A DNA stretch of 58,465 bases from Actinomycetes bacterium (GCA_024276355.1 JAJRXJ010000388.1:1-58465); one strand, 5' to 3'; positions 8,795 to 17,383 are shown, counted from the stretch's first letter. Numbers and translations: made by a program. The notes: generated by a model not told the origin, from the sequence alone.

Positions 8795-9319
8795 GTGGAT
8801 CTCGTGGACGAAACGGTCGTCGACCTCCCAATCGAAGACCTGGTGGTCCTGGTCAACGAGTATGCCGACATCACCCGTAGCGCCGCGGGCGAGTCCATGG
8901 ACAACTATCCGGAACTCGCGATTTCCGTGGCGGCCACGGCAAGTCGGCCAGAGCTGGTGGCTACGGCCAACCACCTGCACCCGGTATTCGCCGATTCCGA
9001 CCGGGCCATCGATCGGCTCAATCGGATGGCCGATGCCATCGGGTTGAAACATCGCCTTGGCCCCGACGGTCGGCTCCGCTGGACTCGTCCGGCCCACGCC
9101 GACAGCCTGGAATGTGCGGCGCTCGCCGGCATCATCGACTTCGTCAGCGCACACGGCACGACCGTGCTCGGGGTCTGCGCGGCCGACAACTGCGTCGACG
9201 TCTACATCGACACGTCGCAGGCGCACAGCCGCCGCTACTGCTCTGCTCGCTGCAACAACAAGGCCCGGGCCGCCCGGTGGCGGGCACGTCACAGGGCCAG
9301 CTCCGAACAGAACCGCTGA
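8795..9319 (+). CDS. CGNR zinc-finger (ABATE-domain) protein, putative regulator
   Basis: C-terminal CAADNCVDVYIDTSQAHSRRYCSARCNNKARAARWRARH is a zf-CGNR pattern with a CNNK variant. Alternative start GTG 8804. Confidence 0.8.
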   Translation: MDLVDETVVDLPIEDLVVLVNEYADITRSAAGESMDNYPELAISVAATASRPELVATANHLHPVFADSDRAIDRLNRMADAIGLKHRLGPDGRLRWTRPAHADSLECAALAGIIDFVSAHGTTVLGVCAADNCVDVYIDTSQAHSRRYCSARCNNKARAARWRARHRASSEQNR

Positions 9320-9325
9320 CGCATC

Positions 9326-9958
9326 GTGATCATCGAGCCGTCAACGATTCCTGCATTCGCGGTGACCACCATGGCAATCCTCGTTGCCCCCGGACCCGAC
9401 ATGATGTTCATGATTGGCACCGGAATGTCGGCAGGTCGGCGGGGCGCGGTGGCGGCCGCATTCGGTGTAACGGCCGGGGTCACGATCTACGTGGTCGGGT
9501 CGGCGGTCGGCCTGGCTGCCTTGCTCGAACGGATGCCCCGACTACTCGACATTGTGCGTCTGCTCGGGGCCGCCTACCTGGTCCGCTTGGCATGGACGGC
9601 CTGGCAGGGCAACGGATCAACGACACCGGACTCCCCGGTCGACTCCCCGGGGCTCGCGGGGATCTTCCGCCGGGGATTCATGGTCAACATCACCAACCCC
9701 AAGGTCGCCATCTTCATCGCTGCATTCATTCCCCATTTCGTGAGGCCGGACCTGGGCAACACCACCGCCCAATTCCTCATCTTCGCCTTCAGCTTCCAAT
9801 TGATGGGGCTCTTGGTGGATCTGCTGGTCGGGACGATGGCGGGTTCGGCCCGGCGACTGTTCATCGGCCGGCCGAACGCCGCATCCACACTCGATCGAGT
9901 CGCGGCCGGGGTATACGTCTCCATCGCCGCGTGGCTCATCGTCGAACAGGTCGCCTGA
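9326..9958 (+). CDS. LysE/RhtB family amino-acid exporter
   Basis: 210 aa, multi-TM. LVAPGPDMMFMIGTGMSAGRRG and NPKVAIFIAAFIPHF are typical LysE-family segments. Confidence 0.85.
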   Translation: MIIEPSTIPAFAVTTMAILVAPGPDMMFMIGTGMSAGRRGAVAAAFGVTAGVTIYVVGSAVGLAALLERMPRLLDIVRLLGAAYLVRLAWTAWQGNGSTTPDSPVDSPGLAGIFRRGFMVNITNPKVAIFIAAFIPHFVRPDLGNTTAQFLIFAFSFQLMGLLVDLLVGTMAGSARRLFIGRPNAASTLDRVAAGVYVSIAAWLIVEQVA

Positions 9959-9976
9959 TCGGCGGCGAAGCCCACG

Positions 9977-10525
9977 TTGCCCAATAGCCTGATTGCGATG
10001 ACCAGCGATACCGGCAACGACGAATCCCAGATCCCCGACGACGAGGTCCGCGACTCTCTCCCGGCCGATCTCGATCCGTCGGCGCTAACCGCCACCTACA
10101 TGTTCCCCAACAACAGCAGGCGGCGCATACCGGCAGTGATCTACACGGTCATGGGGGCGGGCTGCATTGCCCTGTGGGCCGCAACCGGATCCGACGCCGT
10201 GTTGGTCAACGACGGGTTCCTGATCGCCGGCATGGCGCTCATCGTGATCGGTCTCTACCACTGGCAAGCCGGTTGGGATCTCTCCTTCGACGAACAGCAC
10301 GCCCTCGGTGCTGCCACCCGCGAGGTGGGGTTTCCGGTGGGTCACGCATCGGCCCAACTCGGGTGGCGCGGCCTGCGCAGCCGACCGACCTGGCGCATCC
10401 TTCTCTACTCCAACGAGCCCTCACCGACACAGCGCGGCTTGGTGCTGGTCGATGGCATCAACGGCGAGATCATCGACCGTTTCGTGGAGGACAATCCCGA
10501 AGACTGGACGGCCTACGGGAATTGA
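9977..10525 (+). CDS. membrane protein, 2 predicted TM helices, unknown function
   Basis: Two hydrophobic stretches are present: IPAVIYTVMGAGCIALWAA and GFLIAGMALIVIGLY. The likely true start is ATG 9998, 7 nt after TAGCCT (9985-9990). Confidence 0.55.
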   Translation: MPNSLIAMTSDTGNDESQIPDDEVRDSLPADLDPSALTATYMFPNNSRRRIPAVIYTVMGAGCIALWAATGSDAVLVNDGFLIAGMALIVIGLYHWQAGWDLSFDEQHALGAATREVGFPVGHASAQLGWRGLRSRPTWRILLYSNEPSPTQRGLVLVDGINGEIIDRFVEDNPEDWTAYGN

Positions 10526-10527
10526 CC

Positions 10528-10544
10528 CCGGGCCCTCCCGGTTT
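10528..10544 (+). terminator. short GC hairpin CCGGG-cccu-CCCGG followed by UUU
   Basis: It starts 3 nt after the stop at 10525. The 5-bp stem is weak. Confidence 0.3.
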
Positions 10545-10634
10545 CGTCACGCAACTACCTCAATCACGGGAACGGTCAGGGGAGCGTGCTGCGCTGGTAC
10601 CCTTACGGCCGGAAATTCCGACTGGAGTACGTAG

Positions 10635-11324
10635 ATGTTCGATGGCAACTGGCGCACGACGGTCGACAAGGGTCTTACCCCGATCGGTCAGAGTCTGCGT
10701 CGCACCGGTATCTCGGCCGATGTGATCACCCTGACCGGAATAGCAATGGCCGGGTTGGCCGCCTACACGATTGGTTCCGGCTACCTCCGGCTCGGGTTTC
10801 TCTTCATCGTCCTCACCGGCGTACCCGATGCTCTCGATGGTGCGGTTGCCCGCGCATCGGGCACCGGCTCCACCCGCGGCGCCTATCTCGACTCGGTCTC
10901 CGACCGTCTCACCGATGCCCTCATGTTCGGTGGCGTGGCTTGGTACCTGGCCAGCAACGAACCCGGTCGCATATCGATGCTGCCGGTGGCCATCATGGCC
11001 GCCGCAATGCTGGTCTCATACCAGCGGGCCAAGGCAGAATCGCTCGGCTTCGATGCCAAGGGCGGCATCATGGAGCGTGCCGAACGGTTCATCGTGTTGG
11101 CATTCGGTCTGCTGTTCAACGAGATCCTCATCGGGGTCCTGTGGGTCATGCTCGCTCTCACGGTCATCACCGCCGTCCAGCGCTTCGTGAAGGTCTGGAA
11201 GCAGGCCTCGGTCGACCGTCCGCTGCCCCGCAGCCGTCAGCCGCGTCGTCGTCCCCGCCGAACAACTTCCGAGTCGGTCTGGCGCCAGCGGATGCGTGAA
11301 CGCCGCGCTTTGCGCAACCACTGA
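10635..11324 (+). CDS. pgsA: CDP-alcohol phosphatidyltransferase (phosphatidylinositol phosphate synthase type)
   Basis: CDP-alcohol motif DALDGAVAR...G..LDSVSDRLTD is present in a multi-TM protein. The context upstream of the PIM acyltransferase and pimA matches Rv2612c. Confidence 0.9.
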   Translation: MFDGNWRTTVDKGLTPIGQSLRRTGISADVITLTGIAMAGLAAYTIGSGYLRLGFLFIVLTGVPDALDGAVARASGTGSTRGAYLDSVSDRLTDALMFGGVAWYLASNEPGRISMLPVAIMAAAMLVSYQRAKAESLGFDAKGGIMERAERFIVLAFGLLFNEILIGVLWVMLALTVITAVQRFVKVWKQASVDRPLPRSRQPRRRPRRTTSESVWRQRMRERRALRNH

Positions 11325-11329
11325 CCGCA

Positions 11330-12241
11330 ATGGCTTCGGTCTCGGCCTACAAAGCGGGATCGTTTCTGGCCAGAAAGCTCCCCGAACGGATGTCGCTGCT
11401 CGGGGCGCGTACAGCGGCCGCGGCCGTGTCGCTGTCCGGCGACAAGAGCCGGCTCGTGGCCCACAACCTCGAACGTGTGCTCGGACGCGAGCTGAACGGC
11501 ATCGAGCGACGACGCAAGGTGGCTGAGGTCTACGAGTGGTATTCGCAGTATTACCTCGAGAGCTTCCGGCTACCCAGCCTTTCCACGGCCGAGGTTGATC
11601 AGGGGTTCAGCTACTCGGGTTTCGGGGGGATCGAAGAGGCGACCGCGGCCGGGCGGGGGGCCATCATCGCCTTGCCACATCTCGGCGGCTGGGAGTGGGC
11701 GGCATTCTGGGTTTCGAGCGTGGCCCGCTTGCCCATCAGCGCGGTCGTCGAGCCTCTGCAGCCCCCTGAACTGTTCGAGTGGTTCCTCGGGCTGCGAAAG
11801 TCCCTCGGCATGAACGTGATCCCTGCCGACCAGGACGCCGGCAGGGAAGCCATGGCGGCGCTTCGCAGGGGTGAGGTTCTGTGCCTGCCATCAGATCGCG
11901 ACATCGCCGGCAACGGAGTTGCCGTTGATTTCTTCGGTGAGCGGACCACGCTCCCGGCCGGTCCGGCCACCCTGGCATTGCGAACCGGAGCCGCGTTACT
12001 GCCCACCGCCATCTACTGGCGTGACGGTACCCGTTTCGGCGAGGTGAGACCTCCTCTGGCGGTGGAGCGTCGGGGCCGACTCAGAGAGGACATCGTGCGG
12101 ATCACCCAGGCGCTGGCCCACGAGTTCGAGGTCCTGATCAGGAAGGCCCCCGAGCAGTGGCACATGTTGAGCCCCAATTGGCCAAGTGACTATCGTCTTC
12201 TCGGTCTGGAACCACCCGATCACCTGAAGGACCTCGACTGA
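11330..12241 (+). CDS. phosphatidylinositol mannoside acyltransferase (HtrB/LpxL-like lauroyl acyltransferase family)
   Basis: 303 aa with LPHLGGWEW in an HtrB-like fold. The position between pgsA and pimA matches Rv2611c. Confidence 0.82.
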   Translation: MASVSAYKAGSFLARKLPERMSLLGARTAAAAVSLSGDKSRLVAHNLERVLGRELNGIERRRKVAEVYEWYSQYYLESFRLPSLSTAEVDQGFSYSGFGGIEEATAAGRGAIIALPHLGGWEWAAFWVSSVARLPISAVVEPLQPPELFEWFLGLRKSLGMNVIPADQDAGREAMAALRRGEVLCLPSDRDIAGNGVAVDFFGERTTLPAGPATLALRTGAALLPTAIYWRDGTRFGEVRPPLAVERRGRLREDIVRITQALAHEFEVLIRKAPEQWHMLSPNWPSDYRLLGLEPPDHLKDLD

Positions 12242-13344
12242 TGCGGATCGGGATCATCTGCCCATACAGCCTCACCATCCCCGGCGGAGTCCAGATGCAA
12301 GTGCTCGGCTTGGCGCGAGCGCTGCGTCGCAAGGGACACGCCGTGAGGGTGCTCGCCCCATGTGACGGGCCTCCCCCGGATGCCGGGGTCACCCCACTTG
12401 GCCTGAGTCTGCCCACAGCAGCCAACGGATCAGTGGCCCCCGTTGCTCCCGATCCGGCTTGTCAACTCCGCACGATCCGAGCCATGCGCGACGAGGACTT
12501 CGACGTGATCCATCTCCATGAGCCGCTCGCTCCCGGACCCACCACCACCGCGCTGCTCACCCACCCGGCGCCCCTCATCGGAACATTCCACGCCGCCGGC
12601 GGATCCTTGGCCTACGACCTGATGCCCCGGGCGGTGAAATTCCTGGCCCGACGTCTCGACGACCGTGTGGTGGTGTCGGACGACGCCGAGAAGATGGCAT
12701 CCGAGGCCCTCGGTGGCACCTACGACAAGGCGTTCAACGGGGTCGAGATCAAACGCTACGCCGAAGGTCCGGTGATCGAGGGCAGTGGCCGCACCATCCT
12801 GTTTCTCGGCCGACATGAGCCCCGCAAGGGGCTGCGGGTCCTGCTCGACGCCATGTCGGGCCTTCCGGCGAATGCCACTCTCTGGGTGGCCGGCGAAGGT
12901 CCAGAAACGGAGGACCTCAAGGCCAGGTTCGCCGGAGATCCGAGGATTGAGTGGCTGGGCATGATCAACGAGTCGGAGAAGACCGCCAGGTTGCGCGGCG
13001 CCGACATCTTCTGTGCGCCGTCGTTGCGTGGCGAGTCATTCGGCATCGTGCTCCTTGAGGCCATGGCGGCATCGACGGCGGTGGTGGCCGCCGACATCCC
13101 CGGATACGCCAACGTCGTTCGCAACGGCCGGGACGCCAAGTTGGTGCCACCGGGCGACAGTTCGGCGCTGGCGGAGACCCTCAAGGATCTCATGAACGAC
13201 ACCGACGCGCGACACGAACTCGTGATGTCGGGCCGTGAGCGTGCCGAGATGTTCTCCATGAGCCGTTTGGCCGAGTTCTACCTCAAACGCTACGAATGGC
13301 TGATCGCCACTGTCGGTCCTCGGGCAACCGGGGCGATAGCCTGA
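12241..13344 (+). CDS. pimA: GT4 glycosyltransferase, phosphatidylinositol alpha-mannosyltransferase PimA-like
   Basis: MRIGIICPYSLTIPGGVQMQVLGLARAL is followed by a GT-B C-terminal half (FCAPSLRGESFGIVLLEAMA). The start overlaps the upstream stop (TGATG). Confidence 0.85.
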   Translation: MRIGIICPYSLTIPGGVQMQVLGLARALRRKGHAVRVLAPCDGPPPDAGVTPLGLSLPTAANGSVAPVAPDPACQLRTIRAMRDEDFDVIHLHEPLAPGPTTTALLTHPAPLIGTFHAAGGSLAYDLMPRAVKFLARRLDDRVVVSDDAEKMASEALGGTYDKAFNGVEIKRYAEGPVIEGSGRTILFLGRHEPRKGLRVLLDAMSGLPANATLWVAGEGPETEDLKARFAGDPRIEWLGMINESEKTARLRGADIFCAPSLRGESFGIVLLEAMAASTAVVAADIPGYANVVRNGRDAKLVPPGDSSALAETLKDLMNDTDARHELVMSGRERAEMFSMSRLAEFYLKRYEWLIATVGPRATGAIA

Positions 13345-13353
13345 TCAGGTCCC

Positions 13354-13369
13354 GGCACCAATTGGTGCC
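13354..13369. repeat. perfect 16-bp palindrome GGCACCAATTGGTGCC between pimA and lemA
   Basis: Read directly from the sequence. It lies 10 nt after the pimA stop and 15 nt before the lemA ATG. No T-tract follows. Confidence 0.6.
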
Positions 13370-13384
13370 TGTCCGGAGGAAGTA

Positions 13385-13936
13385 ATGATCGTCGTCATCA
13401 TTCTTATCGTGGTACTGGTGCTCGTGGCCGTCTTTGTCATCAGCATCTACAACAAGATGGTCAGGTTCAGGAACCGCATCGAGAATGCGTGGGCCCAGAT
13501 CGACGTGCAGCTCAAACGTCGGTGTGATCTCATCCCCAATCTGGTCGAGACCGTCAAGGGATACGCGTCCCACGAGCGTGAAACCCTCGAGGCTGTGATC
13601 GCGGCCAGGAACGCGGCCACCACCGCCCAAGGTCCGGCTGCCCAGGCCCAGAGCGAAAACATGCTCACCGGCGCCCTGCGTCAACTCTTCGCCGTGTCCG
13701 AGGCCTACCCCGAGCTGAAGGCCAACGACAATTTCCGGGATCTCCAGGAGGAGCTCACCGCCACCGAGGGCCGCATCGCCTACGCCCGTCAGCTCTACAA
13801 CGACACCGTCCTGAAATACAACAACTCGATCCAGACCTTCCCCGGCGTGGTCATGGCCGGTCCGATGGGATTCGCGGCTCGCGAATACTTCGAGGCCGAC
13901 GATGAGTCACGCGGCAACGTGTCCGTCGAGTTCTGA
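13385..13936 (+). CDS. lemA: LemA family membrane protein
   Basis: An N-terminal TM is followed by YNKMVRFRNRIENAWAQIDVQLKRRCDLIPNLVETVKGYASHE and ...YNNSIQTFPG, a canonical LemA pattern. RBS GGAGGA. Confidence 0.9.
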   Translation: MIVVIILIVVLVLVAVFVISIYNKMVRFRNRIENAWAQIDVQLKRRCDLIPNLVETVKGYASHERETLEAVIAARNAATTAQGPAAQAQSENMLTGALRQLFAVSEAYPELKANDNFRDLQEELTATEGRIAYARQLYNDTVLKYNNSIQTFPGVVMAGPMGFAAREYFEADDESRGNVSVEF

Positions 13937-13953
13937 GCCCGACCCGAGCCCCA

Positions 13954-14679
13954 ATGAGTTCCACCTCACCCACCGCGATCGTCGGCTACCCATCGGTGGC
14001 ACTGGCCCTGATCGTGGGTCTGCTGCTGGCCATCGCCGTACCCGTCGTCGTGGCGGTGATTGTCGGGCTGGTTGTGGGAGTCATCGCATTCGTCACCGTC
14101 CGCCGTACCGCCTTGTCGATAGCGCTTCACGAGCTGGGTGCGAAACCGGCTCCCCCCGATCGACGACACAGGGTCGACAATGTGCTCGAGGGCCTGTGCC
14201 TAAGCAGCGGCAACACGCCACCCGCGGTCCACATCGCCGACCATTCGTCGCCCGACGCGGCGGTGTTGGGGCGCAATGCTGATGAGGCCGTTCTGGTGGT
14301 CACCTCGGCCGCGGCCGACGACCTTCCCCGACTCGAACTCGAGGCCCTGCTCGCTCGGGCTCTGTGCATGATCGACAGTGGGATCGAGACCCCGACCCTG
14401 CTCTGCGCCGCGGGCCGACTGCTGGGTCGCGGGTCGCTGGCCGGCAGATACATCAGCCGGCATCTGGCCCCCGAGGCGGTCGTACTCGCCGATTTCGCGA
14501 GCGTACGGCTCACGCGGTATCCGCCGGCGCTCGCCAACGTCATGGCTCGTGCCGCCGCTGTCGGCGGGGTCCCCACCCACCGTACAACCGACCATCTGTG
14601 GCTGTTCGGACCTATATCAGGTGGGAGCAACGACCGGCCCCCTCTCGATCAACGAATCGACACCCTTCAGGAATTGTGA
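13954..14679 (+). CDS. HtpX/M48-peptidase-like membrane protein with all catalytic residues substituted (predicted pseudo-protease)
   Basis: It aligns by eye to HtpX: SPDAAVLGRNADEAVLVVTS resembles PNAFATGRN. LLARALCMI replaces LGHELSHV, VVLAD replaces EYQAD, and the C-terminal DRPPLDQRIDTLQEL resembles THPPIEDRIRRLE. Confidence 0.6.
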   Translation: MSSTSPTAIVGYPSVALALIVGLLLAIAVPVVVAVIVGLVVGVIAFVTVRRTALSIALHELGAKPAPPDRRHRVDNVLEGLCLSSGNTPPAVHIADHSSPDAAVLGRNADEAVLVVTSAAADDLPRLELEALLARALCMIDSGIETPTLLCAAGRLLGRGSLAGRYISRHLAPEAVVLADFASVRLTRYPPALANVMARAAAVGGVPTHRTTDHLWLFGPISGGSNDRPPLDQRIDTLQEL

Positions 14680-15830
14680 TGATGACTTCCAATGGCGGCC
14701 GCATGGCTGCCGTACTCGTGGCCGCGCTTACGCTCGTGTCGGCTTGCAGCGGGGGTGGCGACGGAGCCGAGGAACCGGCGTCGACCACCACGACCACCAC
14801 CATCGTCATGCCGACCACTGCTCGGTTGCCGACCACAACCACGGTCGAGGCCTACAACGGGCCCCTGGGACCCCTTACCGGTGTGCCCATCGCCGCCGAC
14901 CGGGTCGACTCCCCGGCGCTCGTCATGAAGATCGGAAACAACGACGCCAAGTCGCGTCCCCAAACAGGTCTGCTCGAGGCCGACCTTGTTTACGAAGAGC
15001 TGGTGGAGGGCCTGAAAACCCGATTCTTCACGGTGTTCAACACCCAGGTGCCCGACGTCATCGGGCCGATCAGGTCGGGGCGCTCCAGCGACATCGACCT
15101 GCTGGCCGGTCTGTCCAAGCCGATGTTCGGCTACTCGGGCGCCAACACCACGGTGCTCAACGAGCTCCGCAGGGCGCGCGACGCCGGTGTGATGGTTGAC
15201 GTCGGTGCGCTGAGGCTCGAGAACGCATACTTCAGATCGACTGATCGCGACATCCCCGACAATCTCTACGTGAGCCCGGCGAAGATTCCCGAGACCAGCG
15301 CCGGGGTGCCCGAGCCGTTGTTCACCTACGGCGAGCTTCCGGGTTCGATGGGCAGCGAGGTCGGTGGGGTCGACGTCGAATACCCCACCAAGTTCGGCCG
15401 CCGGTCTACCCACGTGTGGGATCCTGCATCGGCGGGATGGGTCCGTATGCAGGACGGCACGCTCCAGACCTCGGTGGTCAACGGAACAGAGGTTGAGGTG
15501 GCGCCGGCCAACGTGGTCGTGGTCGAGATCAATTACGGCACCTCGGCAGCCGACGCCGTGTCTCCGCAGGCCAAGACCTTCGGGGAGGGCCCGGTGAAGG
15601 TCTTCACACGCGGCCGCATGATCGAAGGTACATGGTCGCGATCGGCGGATTCGCCGCGCTGGACCCTCACCGACTCGTCCGGCGGCGATATCCCTCTGGC
15701 CCCCGGGGCCACATGGGTGTTGCTGGCGGCCGGCCCCCACTCGCAATTCGCCACCGCCAAGGTGAGCGTGATCGATGTCGAGTCGGCCCGGAAACTACTG
15801 ACCGAAGCACGTAAATCGGCTACGCCGTAA
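14679..15830 (+). CDS. DUF3048-domain lipoprotein (YerB-like)
   Basis: A signal peptide plus lipobox LVSAC is followed by a Thr-rich linker, then PLTGVPI...SRPQTGLLEADLVYEELVEGLKTRF...GPIRSGRSSD, typical of DUF3048. The track ORF N-terminal extension (from 14364) was trimmed. Confidence 0.75.
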   Translation: MMTSNGGRMAAVLVAALTLVSACSGGGDGAEEPASTTTTTTIVMPTTARLPTTTTVEAYNGPLGPLTGVPIAADRVDSPALVMKIGNNDAKSRPQTGLLEADLVYEELVEGLKTRFFTVFNTQVPDVIGPIRSGRSSDIDLLAGLSKPMFGYSGANTTVLNELRRARDAGVMVDVGALRLENAYFRSTDRDIPDNLYVSPAKIPETSAGVPEPLFTYGELPGSMGSEVGGVDVEYPTKFGRRSTHVWDPASAGWVRMQDGTLQTSVVNGTEVEVAPANVVVVEINYGTSAADAVSPQAKTFGEGPVKVFTRGRMIEGTWSRSADSPRWTLTDSSGGDIPLAPGATWVLLAAGPHSQFATAKVSVIDVESARKLLTEARKSATP

Positions 15831-15848
15831 GGCCCCGAAGCCCTTAGG

Positions 15849-16769
15849 ATGACCCACATGGCACAACAACTCGACAGCGCAGAATCCGGCTCACGCGCCA
15901 CCGGCACCCAGCTCGTGAAGCGGGGTTTGGCCGAGATGCTCAAGGGCGGCGTGATCATGGACGTGGTCGACCCCGACCAGGCCCGCATAGCGGAGGATGC
16001 CGGTGCCGTGGCTGTGATGGCACTTGAGCGTGTTCCGGCCGACATCCGCCGCGACGGCGGGGTGGCCCGTATGTCGGATCCCGAGATGATCTCGGGCATC
16101 CAGGCGGCCGTGAGTATCCCCGTTATGGCCAAGGCCCGCATCGGTCATTTCGCCGAGGCCCAGGTGTTGCAGTCGTTGGGTGTCGATTACATCGACGAGT
16201 CCGAGGTGCTCACCCCGGCCGACGAAACCCACCACATCGACAAGTGGGCATTCACCACGCCGTTCGTCTGCGGGGCCACCAACCTGGGTGAGGCCCTGCG
16301 TCGCATCAGCGAGGGTGCCTGCATGATCCGTTCGAAGGGCGAGGCCGGCACCGGCAACATCGTCGAGGCCGTGCGTCACCTCCGTTCGATTCTCGGCGAC
16401 ATCGCCAAGATCACCACCGCCGACTCGGCCGAATTGTTCGAGTGGGCCAAGCAACTTCAGGCTCCGCTTCCGTTGGTGCAGGAAGTCCACGACACCGGCA
16501 CTCTTCCGGTACCGATGTTCTGCGCCGGTGGCATCGCCACCCCGTCCGACGCCTCTCTGGTGATGCAGCTCGGTGCCCAGTCGGTGTTCGTCGGGTCGGG
16601 CATCTTCAAGAGTTCTGAGCCGGCGAAGATGGCCACGGCGATCGTCGAGGCCGCAACCCACTTCCAGGATCCGTCGATCATCGCCAAGGTGAGCACGGGC
16701 CTCGGGGCGGCCATGAAGGGTCTCGAAATCGGCGGTCTCGAGACCAAGCTGGCCGAACGCGGTTGGTAG
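15849..16769 (+). CDS. pdxS: pyridoxal 5'-phosphate synthase lyase subunit PdxS
   Basis: [23 protein letters not shown]...[11 protein letters not shown]. Alternative, possibly leaderless, start ATG 15858, 7 nt after TAGGAT. Confidence 0.97.
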   Translation: MTHMAQQLDSAESGSRATGTQLVKRGLAEMLKGGVIMDVVDPDQARIAEDAGAVAVMALERVPADIRRDGGVARMSDPEMISGIQAAVSIPVMAKARIGHFAEAQVLQSLGVDYIDESEVLTPADETHHIDKWAFTTPFVCGATNLGEALRRISEGACMIRSKGEAGTGNIVEAVRHLRSILGDIAKITTADSAELFEWAKQLQAPLPLVQEVHDTGTLPVPMFCAGGIATPSDASLVMQLGAQSVFVGSGIFKSSEPAKMATAIVEAATHFQDPSIIAKVSTGLGAAMKGLEIGGLETKLAERGW

Positions 16770-17371
16770 GCCCACTCGTCGGCGTACTTGCCCTCCAGGG
16801 GGCGTTCGCGGCTCACGCAGAGATCCTCGACGGTCTGGGCGTCCCCAATCTTGAGGTGCGCACCCACGACCAGCTTCAGCAGGTCGATGCCCTGATCATT
16901 CCGGGTGGCGAGTCCACCACCATGTCGATGTTGCTAGATCGCAGCGGGCTGATCGGGCCGCTGGAGGAGCGCCTCCGCGACGGGCTTCCCGTGCTCGGCA
17001 CATGTGCGGGTTTGATCCTGTTGTCGACACGAATCCTCGATGGTCGCCCCGATCAGCACGCCCTTGGCTCAATCGACCTTGATGTGCGCCGGAACGGCTA
17101 CGGGACCCAGCTCGACAGCTTCGAGACCGATATCGCCGTCGCCGGATTCGACAGCGGGTTCCGCGCGGTGTTCATACGTGCGCCTGTTGTCGAGCGCGCC
17201 GGCGACAGCGTCGAGATTCTCGCAATGGTCGACGGTCACCCCGTACTGTGTCGGCAGGGCTCCGTTACCGTGGCCGCGTTCCACCCCGAGTTGTCGAACG
17301 ACAACCGAATACACCGATCATTCGTCGAGCGAGTCCCGGTCAACCCCAAGTCTGATACATCTGCAATCTGA
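16763..17371 (+). CDS. pdxT: pyridoxal 5'-phosphate synthase glutaminase subunit PdxT
   Basis: [17 protein letters not shown]...[10 protein letters not shown]...GTCAG...FHPE. It overlaps pdxS by 7 nt. Confidence 0.95.
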   Translation: MVGPLVGVLALQGAFAAHAEILDGLGVPNLEVRTHDQLQQVDALIIPGGESTTMSMLLDRSGLIGPLEERLRDGLPVLGTCAGLILLSTRILDGRPDQHALGSIDLDVRRNGYGTQLDSFETDIAVAGFDSGFRAVFIRAPVVERAGDSVEILAMVDGHPVLCRQGSVTVAAFHPELSNDNRIHRSFVERVPVNPKSDTSAI

Positions 17372-17383
17372 GAGGAACCTCCC

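Noticed and set aside
5911-10634. Target-site duplications or att-like direct repeats flanking the six-gene insert
   Set aside because: Comparing 5911-5962 with 10526-10634 and 7372-7446 by eye shows only trivial 5-6 nt similarities. A proper repeat search is needed before claiming a mobile island.
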